In this document: in pieces, positions 27,391 to 42,272 of the stretch
How the letters are laid out: each line of letters opens with the position of its first letter
How positions within the stretch are numbered: the stretch's first letter is position 1
NCBI RefSeq assembly: GCF_009914755.1
Contig: NC_060945.1
DNA: 64,000 nt
Direction: 5' to 3' (one strand)
Origin: the human T2T-CHM13v2.0 reference genome, Homo sapiens
Translations under genes and position numbers: made by a program
Notes under the pieces: generated by a model
Told to the model about the DNA's origin: nothing
Databases searched by the model: none
What the model saw: the letters and a program-made list of their open reading frames with translations, nothing else

Positions 27391-30300
27391 CCCGTGATTA
27401 TTTTCTATATATTTAATATTATAGTATTTTTGTGCTATTTTTGATTTAAAAATTTATGACAGATACTATTTTTCTGCCTTACTTTAAATATAATTTATCC
27501 TTTTCTTTCCAACTCAGAGACACCTCCGTTATTCTACTACTCTGTAATATGGGGAAAACTAAGATATCACCCAATATCCATCTGTTCTATTAAGAGATGT
27601 CCTATCTGTTAAGCCAAAAGTTCCATCTTCTTGGTATAAAATTTTCAGCTCATTTACTTAATTAACGGTTAATTCGATTCACTGAGCACTACTCTTGGGG
27701 TTGACAAAACAAAAATGAATTAGTAGTTGTTACTGTCTCTGCAGAACTTGCACATGAATAAATGAATGATCATAACAGAGTGCAGTAACGGTTGTCCTGG
27801 GCAAACACAGATAATCTCTGGCATAATTTAAATCAAGAATGCTTGAACTCTATTGCATGAATCAGAAGACTTAGAAAAGTATTGCCCTATTGGATAATCA
27901 TTGATGAAAATCAGAACAAAGGCCATGTGCCATCTGTTCATCCCAAAATCATAGCCTTCCTATTGACTTCAGCTGCAAAGTGATACAGAAAGTGTGGCAT
28001 GAATCTCACAAAGAGAACATTGATAGAACAGAGACTATTATCGATCTACTTAAATTTTTCTTTAACATCTAGTGTATGCCCTATATTGTGCTAAGGCAAT
28101 GGTAGAAATTGCTTCTGTGATCTCCTCCCTGTCAGCCCCATAGTAATGTCCACCTCTGAGGGAACGACTAACAAAAATATGGCATGTAGCACCAATGGAA
28201 GACATCACTAGCTGATGGTGGCCTTTCTCACTTAGTCTAGTAGTAGTTTCTGAACCCACGGCTGGAGGAGAACAATACCAATCAATAGAGTTGGCCTTGG
28301 AATTTAAATTTGCTTGCAATTTTGGCTGTCAAGGGTCTCTATGTATAAGAAATTCAGCAGTCTCTCTTAATGTCTGCTGCTTTGAGAAGAAGAAGAAAGT
28401 TTGGGGCTCCAGGGAGTGAAATCAGAGAACATGCTCCTCTTTGGGCCTGGATACTGGTGAGTCAAGGTCACCATCTCTTTTGTCTATCTTCTTAAATTTA
28501 TAATTTCTCTCTTTTTTCATATTGCATGTTAAGTAAAAGATTCAATGTGCTTGGTTGACCCTGAAAAGAAAGAGTTGTTGGGAGCAGGCTTTGATTTGAC
28601 TGATGTGTTAACTCATGTGTACATGTCCTATTCATCTTCACATCCTCAGTTCCTGTAATAGTCTTTAGGACATAGTAAGGGCTCAGAGAACATGAGCTGG
28701 ATGAATGATTGAAGCTATAGGACAGTCTTGGATCTACTCACTTGGTTAAATAAAAATCCAGGTAGACTGCAGCTCCAACTATCAAGTGACCAATGCCTAG
28801 GCAAGGGAGAAAACTCTCAGATATGATTCCTACTTGGGAGCCATTCATTCATCCATTAACAAATGCTGAACTTGCATGTTCTCTAAGGTAGGCTGTAGGT
28901 GCTGGGTCCCTAGGGGCAGACAAGAGCATGAGCCCCTCCTGCAAGGAACTTTGGTGAAGTGGAGAAGACATATCTTGGACACATAAATAGAAAATTATAA
29001 ACTGTGATAGATATTATAGTTGGATAAAAAGAGTGCAGGAAGGACATAGTATAGATTGGGTTTAAGGATCCATAAGTGTAGAGATGGAGTAGAGCTTTGA
29101 ACTTGTTCATTGCCCCGCAGTCTGTCAGGGTGCTTCTCCCTGACACCTGTCCCTCAGGGGAAGGACCCTGCACCTGGTCATCAGCTGCTTGAGTGGCATC
29201 AGAGGCTCCGAGTTCGTGCAATGCAGTGCTCCTCTCTGTGAGCACGTGGTCTGTTGCCCAACACACTCCACTGGGCAGAGTCATAGGGAGTCCTTTCTAA
29301 CATCGTTAAAGTCTTAGCTACTGAGACTTCGGTTCAAAAGAGGCAGTGAACTAAATATTTAGGAGAGCTCAGAATTGAAATTGATGGTCAGAGCCTAAGA
29401 AGCCTCCTGCTTCATAGTTATAAAATTGAGTATAGTTTCCAATTCATAAAAATATACACTCAAAAAGCCTTAATAATTTTCATTTGCTTCTTGCAAGGTT
29501 TACAAATGGTTTAACTCAATTTCAGCCCTCAGAGCTTGGATTTCCAGCAATTCCATAAAGATAGGGACCTCATTCTATTCATTTTAAAGCTTTAATGTCT
29601 TTTTTTTCATTTTATAAAATAATAGGCTGTATTCCAAATCTTGATAAGGCCCTGGAATTCTTATTCTATTCCAATGGATTTCCTTCGTTGAGTGTTTTCT
29701 CTTTATTAATCTCTCTCTCTCTCTCTGCAGAATACAGAATTTACACCCTAAAGAAAGTTAGAACCTTTCTTCTGTTTACTAACACACCCCATGAAGTATC
29801 CAGTTAACTCTAGGATAAGACAAAGAAGACTTATCATTGATGAGAATCAGAACAAAGGCCAATTTAGAATCGTTTAGAATCATTGTTACAAATAATGACA
29901 TTATTAGAAACGAAGTGTTAACATATGTGTTAGTAATACCCCTTTGCATGAGTATACTATGGATCCCACAGCAGTCAACATTTGCACCATCGAATCTGCT
30001 TGTTACCTACTTTTGCTCCCTGATATCTGATGTTTGTGGCTCATTCATTGCTTAATTGACTTTGAGCATATTTCCCAAATGTTCTTCTCAATCTTGTCTT
30101 TGCAGCAGAAGGGAGAAGCTGTGTGTCCCTGGGATTCTGGGGGCTCACCAAAGTCCACAATGGCTACCGAAAGTACAACATTTTTGTGAAATCTCATGCT
30201 TTAGCTGAACATTTTGCCTGCAATTTGTGTTCTAATCATATTCCTACGTGTTTTAATACAAAATTTCTCTTTTCCCCTAAACCTTTAAGTAGCATCAGTG

Positions 30301-30929
30301 CCTTGGGATGCTGTGTCAAGTGCATGGACTCTGCAGTTGTGTGTCTGAGATTCCTCAGTATTTGGTGAATCATTAGCCCAGCAGAGCAGCACAGTATCAA
30401 AGGAAGGGGTTTAGCACAGGATTTATTGAGTGTTCCATGCATGAAGACGAGGACCACAGCCTAATCCTCTCTTCCTGCTCAGGGGCCTAGCAACCTGTTG
30501 CCCCGATTGTGGACACAGTTCTAGTCCTACGTCCCCCCATGTGGTTCTTCACTTGTGTCCTCACAAACTAATGGATGGGAGTAAATCCATGAGAAAAGGA
30601 GGCCACCTAAGCCTAGCTCAGCCAGGATGCTCTGTTTCGTTTTTTAGTGTTTATTAGGAAACATCTGTTTCCTAATATAAGGCAGCAAATGCAGCTTTTT
30701 AGGTCTCCTTCCACATCTCCAAACGCCCTCTCTCTCCTGAGGTTTCCTTCATCACCCCAGCAAGTGATGGTCTCTTCCCTTCTTCACTTCCAAGTAGCAA
30801 AAGCAAAACAACAAAGCAAACAAAAACAAAAACAAAAACAAAAAACAAAGAGAAAGAATTAGATGGAAAATGATGGAATGAGAAAATCATTATTTTGCAA
30901 CTGCTGCTGTAACTGAGTCAGGTGAAGAC

Positions 30930-31738
30930 CCTGGGAGGAGCAGTTGTTGGGAACGGGCTGGTTACATGGTCTCAGAGCGTCACTCCCTCCCTATTTGTTA
31001 ATTACAAGGGAAAACATTTCCTCTCAGTGGAGAGGTCCAACACTTAGCCCAGCCGTCTATCGACATCACCATCATGGGAGAAGCTGACATCACGGGCTGC
31101 CCACTGTGATGCGAGGGGGAGGGCACGCCGTCAAATATTTAGCATTCTGGCCCAAAGCCCTTAACTGGAATCTAAGGTTAGTGAGGACACAGTCAGACAA
31201 ATACAGACTTAGCACATTCTACAAAATGACTGGCCTGGACTCTTAAAAAATATGTTACAATAAATAAACCAACAAAACAAAAACATAGGCAAAGGATCTG
31301 TTCTAGGTAAAAAACACTAAAGAACGATGAAGATTGAATACATTGCATGATCCTTGAGAAGGTCTTGGAAAACTGGGACATTGGAATATAGACTGTGCAT
31401 TTGGTAATATTATTGATCAATGTTAAATTTCCTGGGTGGGATAATGATATTCAAGTTATATAGGAAAAATATCCTTTTTCCTAGAAGAAACATTTGTGTA
31501 AAATGAAACATAAAAGTATCACAATGACTGCAACTTACTTTTGAATGATTTGGAGACTGAGAGAGGAAGAAAGGGAGAGAGAGCAAGAGAGAAGAAAGGG
31601 AAGGAAGGGAGAAAGCAAATGTGGAAATGTGGAAAAATGTTAACAACTGGTGAATTGAGGTCAAGGGTGCATAGGTGTTGATTGTAATCATTGACTTTTT
31701 TCAGAGGTTTGAAGTTTTTCAAATTTTTGCAGAAAAAA
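30930..31738 (+). mobile_element. L1ME4/L1MC-like 3' end
   Basis: caatgttaaatttcctg...aaaatgttaacaactggtgaa...aggtttgaagtttttcaaa. Confidence 0.65.
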
Positions 31739-34276
31739 ATTAGCATAGCAATATACCTATCTACGACTCTTGCTGGGCAATTTCAATCTTGTGCTACAGT
31801 TACTTATGGGTTCTACTGTCCCTAATTTGTGGGTTGTTCGCCTAATTAGGATAGGTTCCTAGCTCCCTACATTATAAAGCACCTGCAGAGGTTAATGCAT
31901 GGCTCTTCAAATAATAAATAAATGCCACTCACATGAATGCTGAGAACTAATATTGCGTATCCATACACTGGATGGAGAGGTGGAATTCCAGCCTTGCTGG
32001 GGCAATGAAGTGGGTCACTTCCTGCTGAAAAGGGGAAGGAATTTTAACCCTCATGGGTCACGAAGACCTTGTGAGTCCTCCAAGTTTGCAAGCCCCACAT
32101 TTAGGAGGCCGCACTTGGCCTTGAAGGCCTGACCTTCATCTACACAAGATGGTGGGGTGTTATCTTTTTTGTGTCTTGTGTGAGGGAACTGCACAAATCA
32201 ATTGGAAATAATGCAATGATAAGGCTTCTATAATAGAGAAGGAATAATGCACAAAGCTTCAGGTGATACGGTGTTTACCAAGTTATGTTTTAAAAATACA
32301 GGGCATGAGTGATAGGAATGAAATGCACATTTAATTTAGAGCAATCAGAATTTTCAAAATCATATATTTATTTAAGGTTCAGGAGCATTGCCTGGTTTTG
32401 TCATTTTCATTTGATTTGGGAAGCATGGATTTATCTTATAAAGGGGCTTGGTGCTGTGGTGGAGGGGCCCTAAACCTTCCTATCAGGACAATACAGTTTT
32501 GGGGTTTTTACTATCTTCTCCATGGTATACTGTTTTTCTGAACCCATCCTCGATGGTGAAGGAGGGATACAGAGTTTTTTCACTGAAGGGTCAGGTTGAT
32601 CAGGGAAGAGGAGTGCAGAGCTGAAAGAAGTGAGGCTGGGACTTTGTGCAGCTTGGGGTTCCTTCTACCCTCCATGGGAGACGTGTGAGGATGCAGGTCT
32701 TGAGAGGAGGCTGTCACACGTGGAGTTTCCTCACGATGACCTGTGCTCCTTTCCCACCCTCCCCGCTTACAGGACAGCCTCTTTCAAGGTCCTGAATTCA
32801 CTGACCCCACGCTCCCTCGGAGGCCCCTGAGCTCCCCTACAAGGACCGAGTTAGTCCCTTCGTGGGTTCCCTTCATGAATCTTGATTTCTGAGTGCCTCC
32901 AGGCTGGGCTGGTGGTGGATAGAGACTGTCACTGCCACTGAGGCCCCAGGGGGAAGGGTGCAGGCGGTTCCACAGTGAGTGTGAAGGAGATGCCTCACCT
33001 CCAGTTCCATCTCGCAAGCAGCCTGATGGGCAGCTGCCTGCTTCCTGTCACCTGCAAAGCAGGTACGCCTTGCCAGGGTGAGCACTGTTTCTTCTCGGAG
33101 GCAACACAGTCAGCCTCACACAACGAAGCGAAAAGATTCTCACTCCTGCTGCACGGCATTGGTGTCAACCCTCGCAAACAAGCCCTGCGTCGTTCCCTGG
33201 AGCTTTTGGCATCTTCCCAGGACGGGCTTCCCTTACAAATGCCTCCTCACTGGCTGCAGATGAGCCTGTCTTTGCCACACAGGGAGGAGGACGCTGCTCT
33301 AAGACGATTTTACCTCCAAACCTTCCCCAGCAATTAGAGCAGTGGCGGTGATTTCCAGTTCAGACACTTCAATATATTAGAAGTTATCATAGAGTAAGAC
33401 CCTCGCCCCACACTCAATCCTGTGCACGACTCTTTGTCTTTGTTTTTCTGTTTTGGTTCCATGTTGATGTTTTGACTCTACTCTGGGCATGGAGAGATTC
33501 TCCTCTCCTCCCTGTTTGCATGGGCCAGTGGGGGAGGGGCAATGGGCACGCTGTTTTCTCTGTCATTCTGGGTCCCAGTGATTGAATTATTTGAATATTT
33601 TGGCATTATATTATTATTTTTTGAACAGGGAACACATCTGCATGATTCAAAATTGAAACAATATAAAAGGTGCACAACCTCAATGTCCAATCTCCGCCCT
33701 CATGCCCTGCTCAGCCCAGGAAGCTGCCCCCATACAGTGCACCGGCCCCGCTTCTTGGGCTTTGTTTAGCCAGTGGGAGATGCAGACAGGGCATGGGGTT
33801 GAGCCAGACGAGGGAACCCAGCGGGTTCCATAACCTCCCCCTCCTGTTCCCTCTCTGCCTCACCATTGTTGGTGTCAGCTACATTCTCACATTCACCCCA
33901 TTCTCTGGGGTGGCCTCCTGGGTGAATCCCCTTCTCATGGGACTCCGGTAACTGTTTCTGTTCCTCAGGCAAGGGGGCGATGGGAGGAGGATGGGGTGAT
34001 GGAAACGGCTTTCTGAAGCTGTTAGTCCCTGGCTGTTTAACTTCCTCTATGGTTCTCTTACTCCTGCTTGCAGACGTGGTGTGTCATCTCTACACTGACG
34101 GGTATTGATTGGGTATATCATCTCTACATTCAACTCTCCAGTTAAACCATCTGAGTGGCCTAACAGTTTGTAGTCAGGCCCTGTATGACACACTTACCAC
34201 TCCTTATACTTTATAGGTAACTGCTGTTACTAGTTTTTCCTTATGTAAACATGAAACTTTTGCATATATATATTCT

Positions 34277-34482
34277 TTTTCTTTTTGGTGACAGGGCCTC
34301 ACTCTGCCGCCAAGGCTGAGTGCAGTGGCACACTCGTGGCTCACTGCAGCCTTGACCTCTTGGGCTCAAGTGATCCTTCTACCTCAGCCTCCTGAGTAGC
34401 CAGGACTAAAAGGGCACAACACCATGCTCAGTTAATTTTTGTATTTTTTGTAGAGACAGGGTTTTGCCATGTTGCCTGGGCT
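34277..34482 (-). mobile_element. 5'-truncated AluJ within old L1 fragments
   Basis: gctcactgcagccttgacctcttgggctcaagtgatcc (J-type); degenerate TSD tgcata…tattctt. Confidence 0.85.
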
Positions 34483-36265
34483 TGCATAAGTATTCTTATT
34501 TCCCCCTTTCTTACATGAAAGATAGCACGCTTTTCACTGAACAATATATCCTGAAGGTATATTCCTAATACTGCATAAAGTGCCTCACCTTTCTTTCCTC
34601 TCTCCCTCCTTCCTTCTCTCCCTTCTTTTTGATGTTTGCATAGTGTTCCATTTTGCAGGTTTTCTAGAGTTTGCTCAATAAGTCCTCTGTTGATGGACAC
34701 TTTCTCCCTTTTTATTAACCAACATAGTCAATGGCACAATGAACAGATGTGTTTCACTTCTGTGCAGGCATACGTATAATGTCAATTCCTAGAAGTGGGG
34801 AAATGCATTTAAAATTTTTATCAATATTTCCAAGGGCTCATAATTTGCTGCTGACATCTCTCCTGCCCCTCTGAGCTCATCTTCTGAACTGCCAAGAGAG
34901 TTCCTTCTTAGAACACTTCAAAGCAATCCGTGGCTTCCTGTTACCCAAGCCACCTTCCTAGAGAGGGATAGGTGGTGTTTTTCACTCTCTCATTCCAAAT
35001 TCTCTTCGGCCTCAGCGGCTCCTGCCTCATCTATGTACCATGCCCTCTCTCCACAGCTGCTGGCAGATAACAGAACACTGGGATTGTCAGTTCTTCTGTA
35101 TCTTAGCTCGCTGTGGTCACCGAGTCTGCAGTACTCCCTTCCCCATCGCTCATCCTCATCCTTCACCCCATTCCTCCTATAGCTCTAGATGATGAAACAC
35201 AGTGTAACGTTATGTATTACACATATTAAACTATCGTGTAACTCTGGATGACGCTAAGCCCCAGCTCACATGGGTTTCCCTGACCCTCGCAGGCCATCTG
35301 GCTGCTCCTTAGCTGCCTGTGTTATGAAGCCACAGCAGATCGCACTCACCCATCCACACATAAATTGTCCTAAAAAGTCATGAGTCTTTAAGGAAAACAA
35401 TTGAGGCTTACTTTCATTTTCTAGCAAGGAGCCTGGTACAGAGTGGACGTTCTAGAAATTGATGTTGTCATTGCTTATTTGCTTGTTTTTAAAATAGTGC
35501 ATTTTCCATTTCTTGCCTAACAGTTGTCTAACCTCTTTATTTCCAGAAGACTAGAGACCAAAGATATAAACAAATGATCTAATCAAGTTGAGAAAGATCA
35601 CAAATTGGAGTGAAAGGCCGAGAAGAAAACCGGACTCTTGTGTCCTCCATCTGTGTGGAGGGCACTGTAATGCCCTGGGGAGCTTGCGGGTCTGGGTCTC
35701 AGTCTGGCTCCAGACTTTGCTGAATTAGGGAAGTTTTCTGTTCTCATCAGCTCTCTGCGTACATGGTCGTGTGTGTGTTTTGTCATCTGGAGCTGTAGGT
35801 GGCTTGTCCTCTGCTCAGCTAATGTGATTCCACTAAGTGGGAGAGGGAGTCTGTGATGGGGCTGTGGCATCCCCAAATCTACCTTCTTGGGGGATTCAGT
35901 AGCAGGTGATTTGGGATTTAGAGAGGAAAATAGGTTTGGAGAGTGGTAAGGAAGGAGGGAGTGCAAGAGACGATAACAGTGTAGGGGAAGGAAGAGGAAG
36001 GGAGGAGGAGAAGGAGAGAGGTCTGTGGCTGATGCGGCCGCCACTCATCTGGGGTGTCATCCACACTTTTTGCGTTTAGCAACTCAATTTGAGTGATGCC
36101 ACAACACAGGAATATCTAGAATATGAGGTTTCCTATTAAGGGCCAGGCTAAGGTCCAAGAACATATTTCATTAATTTACCCGAGAAAGCATTCCTTTTCA
36201 CTGGCTAAGAGACTTGTGCTCTATTCCGGAAGGGAAGTAAAGATGAAAATCAGATATGTGCTTGG

Positions 36266-36537
36266 GGCTGGGCACCATGGCTCACATCTGTAATCCCAGC
36301 CCTTTGGAAGGCCGAGGCAGGTGGATTGCTTGAGGCTAGGAGTTTGAGACCAGCTCGGGCAACACAGTGAAACACTGTTTCATCAGTAGTCTCAGCTACT
36401 TGGGAGGCTGAGGTGGGAGGATCACGTGATCCTAGGAGGTTGAGGCTTCAGTGAGCCATGATCATGCCACTGCACTCCAGCCTGGGCAACAGAGTGAGAC
36501 CCTATCTCAAAAATAAGTAAATAAATAAAAATAAAAA
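36266..36537 (+). mobile_element. AluJ with internal deletion across the linker
   Basis: J-type right arm; TSD atgtgcttgg on both sides. Confidence 0.9.
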
Positions 36538-36764
36538 CATGTGCTTGGTGAGCCCAGAATCAAGCAAAGCGAATTTCATCATTTCATCCAATATTCTACC
36601 TGGGATTGTCTTTGTTATCTTGAGACTTTGGTGTCTGAGGTAAAAAAGACTTTGGTGTCTGTGGGTTTGGGCGGGTCCATTGACTGTCTCTTTACTGAAT
36701 ATCTACCATGGATCTGGTCAGTGCTTGGTGCTGGGGACACAGAGGTGGAGCGAGCACAGTCTCA

Positions 36765-37262
<498 letters not shown>

Positions 37263-39379
37263 TCAAAGTCACGCAGTCCCCAAAGCCCGGGAAGACCTGT
37301 GAGTCTGACTGACTCCGCCCTCTCCCTCTTCATGAGGATGCCTTTGGGACCAACAGTTGTGTGGCATAAGGCCTGGGATGGTCTCTAACCCAGGAGACAC
37401 CCTCAGTCTGGTGCTGGGTCTGTGGAGTTATGAGCGCTTGGGAAAAGGCTGTAGCCCTTGCTTCTCTGAGGATGTAGTGGTGGCGATGGAGGAGGGGGAG
37501 GAGGAGAGGACATTTGAGGACAGGAGGACCAGGCCAGGGATGGGATCCACACTGAGGGCACCACTCACGTACACAGAGGCCCTGGTCTGTTTAGAACTCT
37601 TGTCCCCTCCTTCTGAGGAATGAGCATCTTTGACAATAGTGCGTTGGTGCTGTCTTTTGCTTCAACATTTGCAAAACTTGCTCCTCAACCCCTTGGCCTG
37701 CAAGGTTGGAGTCCTGAGGAGTTTTTGGTTCTGTTACTATGAACTGTGTTTGTGGGCCCGTGGAGGAGCTGAAAGCTCAACCTACACTGGGGTCTTTCAA
37801 ATGAATTTTCTTTTCCTTTCTGTATTTGACCCAGGTTTTAATTTATTCATGGCAGATGACCTCACAGCATGTTGCCCATCTGGCAGAGCTACCTTGGAGC
37901 AATTTTAATCCGCGGAGCTTAAAGCCTTTTGATCTCCCTCATACTTTCCATTCTCAGAGGCTGAGTAATTCAAGTAAGACGTACCAGTTCAATTTTCCTC
38001 CCAGGGAAAGAAAGGAAATGACCTTTCTGGAAAAAAGTAGGAGAATATCTCAGAGGGAGGTTTTGGGGAGAAAAAAATCACAAGGTTACAAATAACTCAA
38101 CAAGGGCAGTAGAAAATCATTGTCCTCCACCACAAAGCTCTGCCAACATGATGACTGTAAAGTCACGATGGCAAGAGAACCCTTTCTTTCCCCTTCCTGG
38201 GAACAATTTTATTTGACCTCTAGACACTTTTTGCGAGTGGCAAAAATCCATCTGGACTTAGAGGTGAGCAGCAGAAGCTATTTCCACCTGCATTCGGAAA
38301 GCCAAGCTCTATGGGGACAGGGCAGGAGCAAGCTGAGAAAGACATTCCTGTGTAGAGTTCCAAAGTCTTCCAAAAATGACCAAGACCAACCAAGAGCCTG
38401 CGGACACCTTCCCCTTCTGCGGGGGTCTGATGCCCTTCCTTTCAAAGATGTTAATAATTCAGTCCACAGATGGGCCGCTGTCTTATGCGAAATAACTTGC
38501 ACTCCTTAAATCCAGAGCAGCGGCAGGCAGGTGTTGGGTGTGGCTGCCCTTGCACCCAAGTTTTCCAAAATAAGAAGAGAAGAGTGTTGGCAAAGGTATA
38601 TTTTTTATCTTCACCCCTTTTCTCAACTTCAAGAAATAATTATTGAGGCCTTTTAAAAACACATTAATTCCCTTGTCTGAATAGAGATTGAAATTTGTTA
38701 ACTGATAATTAATGTCTCTTTACCTTTTAATTAAAAGTTAACTGCTAGTGGAAAGTGCCAAGGATACTCCTTGGGCTGTGCCCAGGCCGTTCGTGCACTC
38801 TGTGTTTTGCTGGCCTGCTGGGGCTCAGAACTGGAGGCAGTGGAGGGTCTCAGGGTGGTGTATGTATGCATGGGACAGGTTAGGGACTGGTGGAGCTTGA
38901 AATAAAAGCCATTTCTTTTATGTAAAATTCACGGTAAGGCTGAAACAGTTAAATATGAATACCACCCCAAAGTCAACCACCCTGCCAATTACCAATCCCT
39001 GTCCGCCACCTCCTGCTTGCTGGAGACCAAGGCTTTGTGTTGTCTTTGGGGGACGATGGCTGAGAATCGCTTTCTCCAGTGTCTTCTGTAAGCAGAAGAC
39101 TGCTTGGCCACCAGCTCTACCGCTCCATTGGGATGATGCCTCCTTTTGTCCTTCCTATTGTCACTTAACCACCTTTCTTTGAACTGTCACAGATGGTGCT
39201 TAATTAAAATTTCCCCCAAGGATACTTTCTTAGCACTATCGTTTCTACCTTAGTTAATGCCATGTGCTATATTCTGTCCAAAGTTGAGGTGGGGTGGGGA
39301 TACCGTGCTCTTAGGTAGAAGTTATTTTTTCATTGTATTTTGCATAGTCTGAGTTTAATTTGCATCCCTGTAGGATTCA

Positions 39380-39660
39380 TATTTATTGAGCACTTACTAT
39401 GTGCTAGAGCCCTTGAGTGTTATGTGAGCCATATGAAATAAGATATTCAACTGTTTGTCCTACAGATCCAGACATTTCATATGGCTCAATCTAACATCTG
39501 ATTTCACTTAATCCTTACAATAAGTCTATGGGAGAGGTGCCATTGAATTCATTTTTTGGATGGTGAGGAGCCGTGGTCCATGGATGTGAAGGTATTTCTA
39601 AGGCTGCATGGTTAGGAGGCCGGCAGAGGCCATTGTCTGATGCTAAATCGCTTGCACTCT
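39380..39660 (-). mobile_element. MIR/L2 fragments
   Basis: atttattgagcacttactatgtgc; ttaatccttacaataa…cattttttggatg. Confidence 0.6.
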
Positions 39661-41582
39661 TTTGTATCTTGCTCTGGGTCTCAGGACCCTCACTGTGAAT
39701 TTCAAAAGGCTTGGACTAAAACCCAGTGCTTTTCAATAAGATGCAGTCTTGTTCTCTGAGGAGGCATGTGACATAAAGGTGGGTGGTTTAGTGTCATGAA
39801 GACTGGGGAGGAGACCCTTTGGCTTATAGTAGGTGGGGTAGAGGGTAGAAGCCCCCTGCAGTGTGAGTCAGACTGACTGATGACCAAGCATTTTGCTCCA
39901 AATGCCTTTTGCTTCCTGTTTAGAAACATGGGCCCACATGAACCCCACATTTCTTCAGACAGTGGAATCCAATCACTCAGCCTTCAATAAGTCCCAACAG
40001 ACGAGGGCGGTACTTTGCTTCGATGGCTGCCTGGTGGGATGACCTGCCCCTTTTGGGAACATGCTGGCCCCGCCCGGCTTAGGACTGGCTCCTGGGCCAT
40101 GATTCTGTTGTGTGCTCACATCCCCCAGGTGGGGATGATCCAGCCGTGGGTGGGCACCTGGCCTAGCTGGGCTGTGGGAAATCTGACCACGTGCACACAT
40201 GGGCCCTACCACATGTGAACTCAGGGGCTGTGGATGGTCATCGTCTACCTACCCTGTGGCCTTGAGGGACTGAGAAGGCCAGTTTGCAAAGAGAGAGGGT
40301 GGAAGCTCACCATTGATTCCTCCTGGTTTCCCAGGGGCCTTCCTCGTGGGTCACCTGACTTCCTGTCCTTGGCTTCCATGAACCAGCCCTGTCTCCTTGC
40401 AACCCCTCCTCCTCTTTGGCTTAAGCCTGTTGGGAATGTTTGCTGTTTTTTGAAACTAGAATAAGCCTAAGCAAGATAACTCTATCGGGTCTACCCTTGC
40501 ACGAGTATAAGAGAAATGTGGAAAATGAACCACACTTCAGAGCCCCTTTAGAAGATAAAAAGTGAAACTTAATGCAAATGTGAAGATGCTCATCTTAGAC
40601 TCCACAGGAGATTAATATTTTTAGAGTAGAAAACTTTAGCTGTCATTGTTCAAGATGAATTTTCCATAATTATGAAGGCAAATTATCTGTGAATCTGGAA
40701 GCTATCATTATTTAAAACAAGTTCAATCAGACAATTTCCTGGTTTCCCAAATTTTACGATTTTTTTCTTGCAACCCTTTTTTGAAATTGGTCTTGTCATT
40801 TGTCTTGAAATGCAAACAATATTTACCTGTTGTGCAGCTAGTTTTAATAAAATGGAAATGCATCATCAGAACTGAAATTCATTTTGAAGTAAGAACCTGG
40901 GTGCTTTCTTACTTAATAGTTATGTATTAGATAACTATTACCTATGAATGCTTGTCAATTTTGTGTATTTTTCTTGGGCAAGAAGAGCAGCTATTTTCCT
41001 TGTATGCAGATTGTCATAGCTTAAATGTTCCAGCTTAATTATCTCCAAGGCTTTATCTTTGGAAAAGTCACTGAACTACTTGGAAATAATGGTTTCAGCG
41101 TCGACTAATAAAATTATACATGAAAAAATTTATCTTCTGATGCTGAAAGGAATCATGACAGCATCAGACATTTACTCTACTCTTCTTTTATTTTTATAAT
41201 TGTAAGTATTAGATCCCATCATCTTGAAAAAGTAATACACTTAATTTATGAGGAAACAAATGGACTGAGTCTGTTGCACAATGAGAACCAGATGCTCAAC
41301 TCCTCAAACAAGTAGGAAAATTCTTTGAGATTTGAGAATTTCCTGAAATATTTTTGCCAGAGTTGACTTTCAAGGTGAATCATCCATAGTCAGATAACTC
41401 GGAGCACTTGGCAACCATAGCCCGGCCCCTGCAGAGCCCTGCTGTACCTCGGGTCTCGGTCTCAGCTCTTCATATCTCGATCCACTTCATTCATTCAGTC
41501 ATTTGCTCACACCTCTGGGGGCCAAGGGAAGGGTTTGTTCAGTCGAGTCAGATTTCTTGTGGTCCAAAGCCTCATGTTGGCA

Positions 41583-41657
41583 GTGTATATGTGTGTGTCT
41601 GTATGTGTGTGCCTGTGTGTGTGTGTATGTGTGGGGCGTGTGTGTGTGTGGGGGCAT

Positions 41658-41686
<29 letters not shown>
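41583..41686. repeat. (TG)n microsatellite
   Basis: Visible; pure TG run ~41657-41682. Confidence 0.95.
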
Positions 41687-41688
<2 letters not shown>

Positions 41689-41861
41689 TTGGAAGGCAGG
41701 GGAATGGATTGGTTGGGAAGTAGTCTGTGCTGGCAGCTCTGTGTGCCCAGACACCCCGATACATCCATGTCTATGCAAAGACCATCTCTCAAGCACCAGG
41801 CCTTTTAGCGGCTGCTATGGTAGCCTCACTCTTTCATTTCTGAGTTGTGGGGCTTGGGCAC

Positions 41862-42272
41862 TGTGCTCCCCACACGTGTCCATGTGCTGATCACTGGAAC
41901 CTGAGGATGTGGGGCCTTACATGGTGAAAAGGGACTATGGAGGCATGATTAAGTTAGGGATTTTGTGATGAGAAGATTTTCTGAATTATCTCGGTGGGCC
42001 CACTGTAGTTACAAGGGTCCTTAAGATGGAAGAGGGGACAGGAGGGTGAGAGAAGGGGATGAGACAGCCGAGGCAGATGTGGGAGTGACACCGGGCACAA
42101 ACCCAGGAAAGACCAGGGACATAGATTCTCTCCTGCAACCTCCACAAGGAATGCAGTCCCCCTGACACATTTTAGGCTGCTGACATCTGGAACTAAGAGA
42201 TATGGGATTTGTGTTGTTTTAAGGCACGAAGTTTGCAGTGAATTGTTACAGCAGCAATGAGAAATCAATACA
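41862..42272 (+). mobile_element. MLT1D-like LTR
   Basis: ccttacatggtgaaaagggact...ttgttacagcagcaatgagaaatcaataca. Confidence 0.85.

Noticed and set aside
29690-30200. Polypyrimidine-AG acceptor-like sites (~29730, ~30105) suggesting lncRNA exons
   Set aside because: No convincing paired donors or coding signal; such motifs are common and cannot be supported without transcript data.
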